The notes under the pieces were generated by a model that saw only the letters and a program-made list of their open reading frames with translations, had not been told where the DNA came from and ran no database searches. 58,368 nt of DNA, from positions 1 through 58,368 of the IMG/VR virus record IMGVR_UViG_3300030108_004301. One strand, given 5' to 3'. The position numbers and the translations under genes are program-made. Shown piece after piece: positions 48,618 to 57,067 of the stretch. Source of the stretch: a virus. Its lineage: Duplodnaviria; Caudoviricetes. Position 1 is the stretch's first letter, and every line of letters starts with the position of its first letter.

Positions 48618-50454
48618 ATACGAATGGGTAATGCCAGATGAGTTTCCTGACTTATCAGGTTTTAAAGAAATTTCTATAGACTTAGAAACTTGTGATAAGA
48701 ATCTACTTACCAATGGTTCTGGGTGGGCTAGAAAAGACGGCTATGTTATAGGTATCGCTGTTGCTACAGAAGGCTTCTGTAAATATTTTCCTATACAACA
48801 TGAGATAGGACCTAACCTTGACAAAAATGTCACTCTTAACTGGTTACGAGAAGTTGTTTCCTTTCCTGATAAAAAGTATATTTTCCACAATGCTCCGTAT
48901 GATGTAGGGTGGTTGATCGCAGAGGGAGTGTTCGTAAAGGGAGAAATAATAGATACTATGGTTGTTGCTCCTTTGCTTGATGAAAATAGGTTCAGTTATT
49001 CTTTAAACGCTTTAGCCAGAGATTATCTACAAGATAGAAAATCAGAAGTTGGTTTAAGAGAGGCAGCTGATGCTTTTGGAGTAAATGCAAAAAGTGAAAT
49101 GTATAAACTTCCCGCTCACTATGTCGGTGAGTATGCAGAACACGATGCTAGTCTCACACTTAAACTTTGGAATCATTTTAAAACACTAATTATAAAAGAA
49201 GATATAAAAGAAATATTTGAACTAGAAACTAAAGTTTTAAAAACTATAATTCCTATGAGAAAACAAGGTGTTCGGGTTGATTTAGAAAAAGCAGAAAAAA
49301 TTAAAAAACTTTTTGAAGAAAAAGAAAATACTTTACTTACAGAGATTAAAAATGAATCTGGTGTTTTAGTAGAAATATGGGCGGCAGATAGTGTTGCAAA
49401 AGTTTTTGATTCTTTAAAACTTTCCTACGGAAGAACAGAAAAGACACAAGCACCGTCGTTCACAAAAGGTTTCTTAGCAAACCACAAACACCCGATTGCT
49501 AGAAAAATAGTACAAGCTAGAGAATATAATAAGGCAAGAACTACTTTTATCGACACAATACTAAAACATCAAACAAAGGGTAGAATACACGCTGAGTTAC
49601 ACCCTCTTAGAAGTGATCAAGGTGGAACAGTCACTGGAAGGTTTAGTTACAGTAATCCTAACTTACAGCAAGTGCCTATAAGGAATAATGAACTAGGACC
49701 AATGATAAGAAGTTTATTTCTGCCTGAAGAAAAATGTAGTTGGGGTATCTTTGATTATTCTAGCCAAGAGCCTAGGATTGTTGTTCATTACGCAAAACTT
49801 ATGAAGTTCCAAAAAGCAGAAGAATTTGCTGAACAATACCAAAAAGATTCAAGAACTGACTTCCATCAAATGGCGGCAGATATTGTAGGTGTGCCAAGAA
49901 AACAAGCTAAAAACATTAATTTGGGGTTGTTCTATGGCATGGGAACTAAGAAACTAGCAAACCAGTTGGACTTACCATACGAAGATGCCAAAGAACTTTT
50001 TGCTGAGTATCACACTAAACTACCTTTTGTAAAAGAACTTGCAGAATATTCTAGTAATAGGGCTTCTCATAAAGGTTTAATAAGAACTCTGTTAGGGAGA
50101 AAGTGTAGGTTCGATAAGTGGGAACCTAATAAGTACGGTATATCAAAACCTTTGAATTACCAAGAAGCGTTCGCTGAACATGGACCTTCTATTCGCAGAG
50201 CCTTTACATATAAGGCTCTAAATAAATTAATTCAGGGAAGTGCAGCTGATCAAACAAAAGCAGCGATGGTCGCACTTTATGAAGAAGGTATTTTACCAAT
50301 GATACAAGTACACGATGAACTAGACATAAGCATAGAAGATGAGAGCCAAATGAAAAAGGTAATAAGTATTATGGAAGAATGTGTTGATTTAGAGGTTCCT
50401 AGCGTTGTTGACACTGAACTAGGACCAAATTGGGGTGAGTGCGTTGAAAAATAA
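48589..50454 (+). CDS. polA: family A DNA polymerase with 3'-5' exonuclease
   Basis: DLET, HNA.YD, TGRFS...PNLQQ, motif A DYSSQEPR, motif B KNINLGLFYG and motif C VHDE. Confidence 0.95.
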   Translation: MGQIPLLQPEYEWVMPDEFPDLSGFKEISIDLETCDKNLLTNGSGWARKDGYVIGIAVATEGFCKYFPIQHEIGPNLDKNVTLNWLREVVSFPDKKYIFHNAPYDVGWLIAEGVFVKGEIIDTMVVAPLLDENRFSYSLNALARDYLQDRKSEVGLREAADAFGVNAKSEMYKLPAHYVGEYAEHDASLTLKLWNHFKTLIIKEDIKEIFELETKVLKTIIPMRKQGVRVDLEKAEKIKKLFEEKENTLLTEIKNESGVLVEIWAADSVAKVFDSLKLSYGRTEKTQAPSFTKGFLANHKHPIARKIVQAREYNKARTTFIDTILKHQTKGRIHAELHPLRSDQGGTVTGRFSYSNPNLQQVPIRNNELGPMIRSLFLPEEKCSWGIFDYSSQEPRIVVHYAKLMKFQKAEEFAEQYQKDSRTDFHQMAADIVGVPRKQAKNINLGLFYGMGTKKLANQLDLPYEDAKELFAEYHTKLPFVKELAEYSSNRASHKGLIRTLLGRKCRFDKWEPNKYGISKPLNYQEAFAEHGPSIRRAFTYKALNKLIQGSAADQTKAAMVALYEEGILPMIQVHDELDISIEDESQMKKVISIMEECVDLEVPSVVDTELGPNWGECVEK

Positions 50455-50971
50455 ACTTGAGTTTTATGAACTGATACAAAAAAGATTAAAAGGTGGTGAT
50501 GTTTTAAGGTATCATACTAGACCTGAAGTTGCTGATAAACAAGATGTTGCTGCTCACAGTTGGCGTTCTTTGGTTCTGCTTACCACACTCTGGCCAGACG
50601 CAAGTAAAAACAGTATCTTATTTGTTCTTTATCATGATGTAGCTGAGCTAGAAATAGGAGATGTTCCCGCCACGACAAAATGGAAATACAAAGATTTAGC
50701 AAAAACCTTAACGGTAATAGAAAACGACTATGAGGATTTGTTGTGCCTTCCAGTGAAATATGTTGATCTTTCAGAAGAGGAACAACAAAGAGTAAAGATA
50801 GTAGATATCCTTGAATTAGTTTTTCATTGTCATAAACAAATGCAAAAAGGTAATTCTCTTGCGAGCGATATATTTTACAGAGGCATTGATTTTTTGTATT
50901 CAAACTTTAAATACAGTAAGGATTATGTTTTGATAGAAACTGTATTAGAAAAAATGAAAGGAGAGCCATGA
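50435..50971 (+). CDS. HD-domain 5'-deoxynucleotidase (YfbR-like)
   Basis: RYH, V..HS, YHDVAE...GD.P...K and K.VD.LE motifs. Confidence 0.82.
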   Translation: MSALKNKLEFYELIQKRLKGGDVLRYHTRPEVADKQDVAAHSWRSLVLLTTLWPDASKNSILFVLYHDVAELEIGDVPATTKWKYKDLAKTLTVIENDYEDLLCLPVKYVDLSEEEQQRVKIVDILELVFHCHKQMQKGNSLASDIFYRGIDFLYSNFKYSKDYVLIETVLEKMKGEP

Positions 50972-51495
50972 AAGAAAATTTTAAAGAATGTTTAGATATT
51001 ATTTTAAAGCACGAAGGTGGTTTCGTTAACCACCCTAAAGATCCAGGAGGAGCAACCAACTTAGGAGTCACAAAGCGAACATTAGAAAAATTTCTTGGTA
51101 AAGAAGTTTCTGTTGATGATGTAAAAAACCTAACCAAAGAAACAGCAGGGGAAATATATAAACAAAGATACTGGGATTCTTTAAAAGGTGACGATCTTCC
51201 TTCTGGTGTTGATCTTTCATTGTTTGATTGGGGTGTAAACTCTGGACCAGCCCGAGCAGCCAAATCTTTACAAAAAATATTAAGTGTTAGTGCAGATGGA
51301 ATCATAGGAAACCAAACACTCGCGGCTCTTGTTGGTTGTCCCTTACCTTTGATTTTAGAAAGAATACACGAATCACGCAAAAAATTTTACGAATCACTTA
51401 AAACTTTTGAAACATTTGGGAAAGGTTGGCTTCGTAGAAATGATGAAACACTTTCTGAAGCAAAAAGACTTTTACATTGGTCAGAAAAAGTATGA
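50968..51495 (+). CDS. endolysin, glycoside hydrolase family 108 with peptidoglycan-binding domain
   Basis: HEGG.VNHP.DPGG.TN.GVT, FD.GVNSG, DG.IG..T and FG.GW.RR motifs. Confidence 0.92.
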   Translation: MKENFKECLDIILKHEGGFVNHPKDPGGATNLGVTKRTLEKFLGKEVSVDDVKNLTKETAGEIYKQRYWDSLKGDDLPSGVDLSLFDWGVNSGPARAAKSLQKILSVSADGIIGNQTLAALVGCPLPLILERIHESRKKFYESLKTFETFGKGWLRRNDETLSEAKRLLHWSEKV

Positions 51496-51725
51496 TGAAA
51501 GAAACAGTAGAATTTATAGCAGTTATATCTGCGATAGCGAGTGTATATCTCTATGGAAATGGTTGGCGATACTCTGGTCATTTTGGTTTAGTAAGTCAAA
51601 TATTTTGGTGGTTGTTCACTTATATGAACAACCTTAACTCTATGTATATACTGTGTTTTTTCATGACAGTGATGCACATACGCAATATTTTCAAGATGAA
51701 CAAAAAAGAAACACCTAGAAAATAA
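51492..51725 (+). CDS. small membrane protein
   Basis: Three hydrophobic segments; overlaps the endolysin stop. Confidence 0.6.
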   Translation: MMKETVEFIAVISAIASVYLYGNGWRYSGHFGLVSQIFWWLFTYMNNLNSMYILCFFMTVMHIRNIFKMNKKETPRK

Positions 51726-51775
51726 ACTTTGGTACATTATAATTAATATTAATAAAACCCCATAAGGAGAAAGTT

Positions 51776-52096
51776 ATGGAACTATTAACAAAAACTCAAG
51801 AGCAAAAGCTCATTGAGAATGAAACAAACAATGTAGATGACGCTAAAGTTGTTGTCAAGTTGTTTAATCCTGAAGGAGCGGGTACTTGGTTTCTTCACAA
51901 ACTTATAAAAGAAGATGATATTGCTTATGGTTTATGTCATATTATGGAGCCAGAGTATGGTGCAGTTAGTATGCGTGAACTAAGAGAATATATTGGTCGC
52001 ATGGGTTTAGGTATCGAACGAGACAGATACTTCCCTGAAAACAAATATACTATCTCTGAAATAAAAGCTAAACTTGAACAAGGGGAAACATTATGA
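51776..52096 (+). CDS. DUF2958-like protein
   Basis: VVKLFNP.G.GTW, YGLC...PEYG.VS..EL and IERD.YF motifs. Confidence 0.8.
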   Translation: MELLTKTQEQKLIENETNNVDDAKVVVKLFNPEGAGTWFLHKLIKEDDIAYGLCHIMEPEYGAVSMRELREYIGRMGLGIERDRYFPENKYTISEIKAKLEQGETL

Positions 52097-52308
52097 CCGA
52101 AGTAAATACTAAAGAGCAAACACAAACAGAATCAATGATTCAAGACTGTGTTTTATGTGGTATGGAAATACCACCAGAGTACGACCCTAAAACTGGCGAG
52201 CCTTTTTGGTATGGGGGACACAACCCCCAGCCTCTAGCTAACGACGGTAGATGTTGTGATGTTTGTAATCATACCAAAGTAATTCCAGCAAGAATGCGAG
52301 GTATGTAA
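52093..52308 (+). CDS. Cys-rich zinc-binding hypothetical protein
   Basis: CxxC...GHNP.P...GRCCD.CN...VIPAR motif. Confidence 0.75.
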   Translation: MTEVNTKEQTQTESMIQDCVLCGMEIPPEYDPKTGEPFWYGGHNPQPLANDGRCCDVCNHTKVIPARMRGM

Positions 52309-52520
52309 TGGACATAAAGAAAATTTATGGGAAAGCAACCTTAGATAACCTTGAACAAGAGTATGAAGAACTAAGTTTAATTGATTTAGTTAAGATGAGG
52401 TTCACTTTACAAGCACACGAAAAAGCTGTGTCCCAACTCATAAAAAAGAAAAAGGGAGGTAAAGTTAAAACTGTTTCTTTCACCTACGAAAAAAGAAAGG
52501 AGGTATGTAATGGGACTTGA
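52308..52520 (+). CDS. hypothetical protein
   Basis: Translationally coupled ORF. Confidence 0.6.
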   Translation: MDIKKIYGKATLDNLEQEYEELSLIDLVKMRFTLQAHEKAVSQLIKKKKGGKVKTVSFTYEKRKEVCNGT

Positions 52521-52893
52521 TCAATACGCTTACATAGACCCAAAAGAGGGTGCTAGACACGCTAACCAAAGAAAAGAAGATTCTTTTTACTGGCGAAAAC
52601 ATTCTAGACTGCATGAATTTATGCTTTCTATTTGGATGGAACAAAACCCTGATAAATCTAGGGAAGTGTTTAACTGCCGAGATTTGTACTTATCAGAAGA
52701 AGATTTGTTAGAGTTGAGGAGGGCTCTTGAAAACAACTTTGATGATTACACCAGTGAGGGTGGTTTGTTCTGGGGACACCAATACCAAGAAGAACGAGTT
52801 GATGAATACGCTGACCAAGACTTAAATTTTGTCCAGCGAGCATTAGATGCTGTCCGCGAGGGTAAACCTGTGGTATACTCTTGTTGGTGGTAA
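52510..52893 (+). CDS. phage hypothetical protein
   Basis: MGLDQY...YWRKH..LH...FNC...VY.CWW motif; AGGAGG RBS. Confidence 0.8.
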   Translation: MGLDQYAYIDPKEGARHANQRKEDSFYWRKHSRLHEFMLSIWMEQNPDKSREVFNCRDLYLSEEDLLELRRALENNFDDYTSEGGLFWGHQYQEERVDEYADQDLNFVQRALDAVREGKPVVYSCWW

Positions 52894-52973
52894 AATATGG
52901 TAGAAGTGACTTACTTAATCTTTATCCTGCTACTTATGATAGTAGCAGGATTTTGTGTGTATCATTTATTTAA

Positions 52974-53441
52974 ATGAACATCTTTATACTGCACCCCGAC
53001 CAATCGTTGTGTGCTAAGTATCATTGCGACAAACATATCGTAAAGATGCCTTTGGAAACAACACAGATGTTGTGTTCCGTGCATTGGCGATACAACTCAA
53101 CTGCTCCCTACCTAAAAGTTCACACCAAACATCCGTGTACCTTGTGGGCTGGAGAAACAGTTGATAACTACAAATGGCTATGGGAGTTTGGTATTGAATT
53201 ATGTAAAGAGTACACTTATCGTTACGAAAGAATCCACGCTTGTGAAAAGGTTCTTGCAATTATAAAGGATCCGCCTGTAGAATTAACCAAGAGGGGAACA
53301 ACTATTTTCCCTCAAGCTATGCCAGAGGAATATAAGCATAGAGATCCTGTGGTGGCATACAGGGAATATTATAAATATGAAAAAAGGAGATTTGCCAAAT
53401 GGAAAAAAAGAAAGACACCACCGTTCATGCAACAAATGTAG
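52974..53441 (+). CDS. pyrimidine-dimer DNA glycosylase (DenV)-like protein
   Basis: MNIF.L...A..HCDKH.VKM.LE..QML, HPC..W, NY.WL, EY..RY...H and QAMP..Y motifs. Confidence 0.75.
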   Translation: MNIFILHPDQSLCAKYHCDKHIVKMPLETTQMLCSVHWRYNSTAPYLKVHTKHPCTLWAGETVDNYKWLWEFGIELCKEYTYRYERIHACEKVLAIIKDPPVELTKRGTTIFPQAMPEEYKHRDPVVAYREYYKYEKRRFAKWKKRKTPPFMQQM

Positions 53442-53629
53442 TTCAGTTTCCCACTCAAAATGCTCACGATACATTACCCTGTGATGTAGAACCAGCAGAG
53501 GTAGAAGAAAAACACATAGAAATATATTCTTGTGCTGTTTGTCACGATACACACTTTTTCTTACTCAAAGAGGAAGGTAAGATGGTTTGTGCAAAGTGTG
53601 GTCATTTTACTCCCCACAAGTGGTTTTGA
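53399..53629 (+). CDS. zinc-ribbon hypothetical protein
   Basis: NVVQFP plus CxxC...CxxC; AGGAG RBS. Confidence 0.65.
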   Translation: MEKKKDTTVHATNVVQFPTQNAHDTLPCDVEPAEVEEKHIEIYSCAVCHDTHFFLLKEEGKMVCAKCGHFTPHKWF

Positions 53630-53958
53630 GTAAAAAAACTACACCTTGATTATAAAATAAGTTATATTATTATAAAAAAGGTAAGTATGATGAGTGAGCA
53701 ATTATTTCACAAAAAATTTTACGAAGAGTTACTTGAATTAAAAATAAGTAAACTCACGCAAGAGGAATACAAAGATGCTGTTTCTTTTTTGTATCACAGA
53801 TATTTTCTCACAAGCAATAAGAATGATTGATGCTGGTAAATTTGTTGAGGAAATGGATAACTTGTGTAAAAGGTGTTTTGGTCATACGGAGTGGAGAATA
53901 CACGCAAACTCTGATGAAACACTTACCATCGTATTTATAAATAAGAAGGGAAATACTA

Positions 53959-54129
53959 ATGCCGAAAAGTAAAGGATATAAAAAGCGAAAAACATTAGGT
54001 ATCACAGAAGATGCCTTCTCTGCTTTGGCTAAACTATCTAAAGAATTAGAAAAAAGTATGGGTTTTAGAGTAACTCAGAACGATGCAATACTTTATTTGA
54101 TAAAACAATACGCCAACAATAATGAGTAG
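53959..54129 (+). CDS. putative ribbon-helix-helix DNA-binding protein (56 aa)
   Basis: RKTLGITEDAFSALAKLSKEL...TQNDAILYLI beta-alpha-alpha pattern; AAGGG RBS. Not in the ORF track. Confidence 0.5.
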   Translation: MPKSKGYKKRKTLGITEDAFSALAKLSKELEKSMGFRVTQNDAILYLIKQYANNNE

Positions 54130-54475
54130 AATAAACGGACATAATCCAAGAAACACAAAAAGTTTATTTGAAAGGATACAAACTATCTTTGATCGTAACC
54201 ATTTAGATGTGTTTCACGAACCTATCATGCACCACATAGAAGAGTATTCTTTTTTAGCAAGGTATGATGACGATGAAGATTATGTGCAAAGAATATTAAT
54301 CTTGTTTCATAAGTACATTGACCCCAAAACATCAAAATCTCAAAGAAAAGCTATGGACTTGGTATTTAAAGTGTTTATGGGGATATCTTTGGTTGACCTT
54401 ATGAGCACTTGTAGAGACCAATATGACTGGCAAACTCTAGAAGATTTTGAAATAGGGGGAGGTGAAAAGCAATGA
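54122..54475 (+). CDS. hypothetical protein
   Basis: 117-aa coupled ORF. Confidence 0.65.
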   Translation: MSRINGHNPRNTKSLFERIQTIFDRNHLDVFHEPIMHHIEEYSFLARYDDDEDYVQRILILFHKYIDPKTSKSQRKAMDLVFKVFMGISLVDLMSTCRDQYDWQTLEDFEIGGGEKQ

Positions 54476-54690
54476 TAGAAGCAGTAGTAGGCGGACTTTT
54501 AAGTGTCCTTGTCAATACAATACAAATACAAAACGCTGACTTTTTTTATTGGAGAGCTGAAAATGAAAAAAATAAAGAGTGCCGTTGGGAGTATGTAGGT
54601 AAGACACCAGCAAATCCCAACGAACCATCTCTTGCATTTTTTGATAATGTGTGGTGGAAGCACATTTGTGAGGATAAGCCCGATGATTAA
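54472..54690 (+). CDS. hypothetical protein
   Basis: GGAGG RBS; C.W.YVG motif. Confidence 0.65.
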   Translation: MIEAVVGGLLSVLVNTIQIQNADFFYWRAENEKNKECRWEYVGKTPANPNEPSLAFFDNVWWKHICEDKPDD

Positions 54691-54786
54691 TTTTATTCTT
54701 ATATATTGTCTAGCTCTCTACATACTTTATGTTATCTACCGATAACAAAGGAATGTATTTTCAAGGTGTAATTTAGTATATTTAAT

Positions 54787-54830
54787 ATGTACAGTTTTTG
54801 TTTTTTTGTAATAGTTCAAAAACTGTACAT
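54787..54830. repeat. perfect 14-bp inverted repeat
   Basis: ATGTACAGTTTTTG (54787-800) / CAAAAACTGTACAT (54817-830). Confidence 0.9.
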
Positions 54831-55012
54831 TGGAGTGGTGTATATCCCAGTCCCACTAAGTCTCTTACTTGAGGAAAGTTTGAGGCGGTCCCGATGAGTG
54901 GCGGATAGCTAACAGATGGCGAGAGTTGACGGACTTAAGATTGTGGGTGGCAAATATCTTGGCGTGTTGGATTACCAGAAGTTCAAGAAGTAAGTGTTAG
55001 CTCATCACTCCA
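54831..55012 (+). ncRNA. candidate ~180-nt structured non-coding RNA
   Basis: GC-richer, ORF-free intergenic block closed by a 10-bp terminal helix, with several long-range complementary segments. Confidence 0.6.
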
Positions 55013-55047
55013 CATATTAACATTAACCATTCTATAAGGAGAAAGTT

Positions 55048-55257
55048 ATGGAATTAAAAAAATATGTAATCATTACATACGCTCAAGCAACTTTCAAGTA
55101 TTATGTTGACGCTAAGTCAACAAAAGATGCGGAAAGCAAGTATCTTAGAGGGTGGGCTGAAATACACAACGATGGTATGCCAACCGATGTTCACGATGAA
55201 CAGATTGATGAAATTTACTGTGATACTTCTACCCACAAGAAAGTGAGGTTAAAGTGA
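55048..55257 (+). CDS. hypothetical protein
   Basis: AAGGAG RBS; ATATTAACATTAAC leader. Confidence 0.7.
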   Translation: MELKKYVIITYAQATFKYYVDAKSTKDAESKYLRGWAEIHNDGMPTDVHDEQIDEIYCDTSTHKKVRLK

Positions 55258-55478
55258 GTAAGCAACCAAAACCAACACGAATAAGTATTGAGTTTCCTAG
55301 TGAGGAAGCAGCGATTCATTGGTACAAAAGGTATGTTCCAAATTATATACAAGCCGACTCAGCTTTATTTAAAAACGATGCTTTACTTGACAAAGCAATG
55401 AAAAATAAATGGGTTATTAAATCTGAAACATTCAACGGTTTCCGTGTCGAGTGGAAAGATGAATGGATGTGGTTATGA
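55254..55478 (+). CDS. hypothetical protein
   Basis: GAGG RBS; overlapping GTG start. Confidence 0.6.
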   Translation: MSKQPKPTRISIEFPSEEAAIHWYKRYVPNYIQADSALFKNDALLDKAMKNKWVIKSETFNGFRVEWKDEWMWL

Positions 55479-55961
55479 GTAGAAAATACACAATACATTG
55501 GGATGTAGAACAAATTACTAAGATCCTACAAAAAGGGTATACTGGTTCTTTTTCTTCTGAGGAAGAAGCTGAGCACACTATTGATAAAGTAGTTGACAGT
55601 ATAGCCCACGACACTATTTTTAATTATAAAGTAACGAGGGAGTGAGTAATGCTAAATTTCCAAGTTCCTAACATTGAAGGTGCTCTCAAGTGGCTAAAAA
55701 CTTGTCCGTACGAATATACTATCTCATCTATGCAAGGTGGGTTCATTCATGTCAAAATATTCATCCCTATGAACAAGGAGGTAAAAATTGAAGAGAAGTA
55801 AAAAGTGGATTCAAGCACAAGCCGTGGACATTAGCAAAGGAATAATTGAAGATCACAAGTGGGATTATTTACAAGACCACCTTTACGACGAAACACAAGA
55901 AACTCGTGATGCTGTTTCTTACGAAATGTCTATTTTAAAAATTAAACCAAGGAGGTAAAAA

Positions 55962-56249
55962 GTGAAAAATGACAAACCCTACACTCTCGGTGAAGCCGAT
56001 GTTCTGGTTCAGGATTTGCTCCGCACCAACAAGCAATATCTAAAAGTATTTCAACCTGATCACCCGTATGGTGATGATCACAACACCGACTATGTTCAAC
56101 TGTTCATGGTTCTTAAAGTTCTGGCTCTCAGGGTTCCTGAAGTGTCAGAATATATACAAAAACAAATCGACTGGATGCACCAACAACTAGCCAAACAAAC
56201 TGTCAAGCGTAAAAAACAGACCAATTTAAGCACCGTCAGACAGTCTTAA
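55962..56249 (+). CDS. hypothetical protein (coding sequence GTTC/GATC-rich)
   Basis: AGGAGG RBS before GTG. Confidence 0.65.
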   Translation: MKNDKPYTLGEADVLVQDLLRTNKQYLKVFQPDHPYGDDHNTDYVQLFMVLKVLALRVPEVSEYIQKQIDWMHQQLAKQTVKRKKQTNLSTVRQS

Positions 56250-56368
56250 ATACTTTTGTAATGGTTTAGTACCTTATAAAAATAGATGTACTGGTGGTGC
56301 TTATTTTATAACGATTAAAAAAATGTCGTTCACGAGTTATAAATACTGTACATCTTTTATAAAATGTG

Positions 56369-56394
56369 TATACTGATATCATGCCATTTGGCAT
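56369..56394 (+). promoter_or_regulatory. -10 element (TATACT) plus ATGCCA-TT-TGGCAT palindrome
   Basis: Same palindrome type and spacing as upstream of the paralogue at 2109-2122. Confidence 0.6.
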
Positions 56395-56418
56395 TTTTAA
56401 ACAACCATTGTAGAAAGG

Positions 56419-56850
56419 ATGGTAAACATGAGTAAAATAGCTCAACTATCGCCTACTCAGGCAAAACCAACTGTAAAAGTTGCTGAACTTATAGTAAAAG
56501 AGGATGAACTCTCTTACGAGCAAATTTTTCAGTTTGTCAAACAACACGCTGGAGGTAACGAGGGCAATGTAAACATTGTTCCTCTTCCAAATGTTGATCT
56601 TGATAATAAAAAACCTGTCCCCTTTGGATATGGCGGCAAAAAAGACGGTGTGAGAGCCAAAATTCAAAACATGATACTTAAGGGTATTAAAGGTGACCAC
56701 ACTCTTAAAACTATGCTTGATGTGACCTGCAAAATGTTTGGTCACTCCAAGAAAAAACCTTGCGTCCTACACGCACTAATGCACGGAGGCTACAGTCCTT
56801 CTAGCAAATTTTGGCTTACTCCTTACATCAAATTAGTTGTAAAGTCATAA
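56419..56850 (+). CDS. hypothetical protein, paralogue of 2154..2639 (true start may be 56428)
   Basis: GAAAGGA RBS, motifs shared with the 2154 protein, followed by a UUCG hairpin. Confidence 0.85.
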   Translation: MVNMSKIAQLSPTQAKPTVKVAELIVKEDELSYEQIFQFVKQHAGGNEGNVNIVPLPNVDLDNKKPVPFGYGGKKDGVRAKIQNMILKGIKGDHTLKTMLDVTCKMFGHSKKKPCVLHALMHGGYSPSSKFWLTPYIKLVVKS

Positions 56851-56860
56851 CATAAACTGT

Positions 56861-56886
56861 GGGGGAAGGGCTTCGGCTCTTCCTTC
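56861..56886 (+). terminator. stable cUUCGg hairpin (terminator or processing signal; weak U-tail)
   Basis: GGGGGAAGGGC-TTCG-GCTCTTCCTTC. Confidence 0.6.
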
Positions 56887-57067
56887 AAGTTTCAAGTTTG
56901 CTATATAGTAGTAAAATGAAATAAGTGTAAAATCAAATTTTAACTTTCTCCAATATACAATATATAGCTATATCCGATATATTTTGAAAACTATTTCAGC
57001 CACGCGAAAACAATCGACTTTGAATTTAAATTTGCATCTTTTCAAAAACTCTACTATTATACAAAGT

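Noticed and set aside
3066-51380. Numerous minus-strand ORFs in the track (e.g. 10546-10983, 15240-15716, 50907-51380) and plus-strand ORFs inside the SNF2 helicase
   Set aside because: They are antisense shadows of well-supported genes and lack an RBS or recognisable motifs.
54871-54990. GAGGAAAGT and CAGAA resemble RNase P RNA conserved regions; CCGATGAG resembles a hammerhead core
   Set aside because: The P4 partner (…GGCUUA) is missing and the element is too short for RNase P. No correctly placed GAAA/stem II-III for a hammerhead. Kept only as an unassigned ncRNA candidate.
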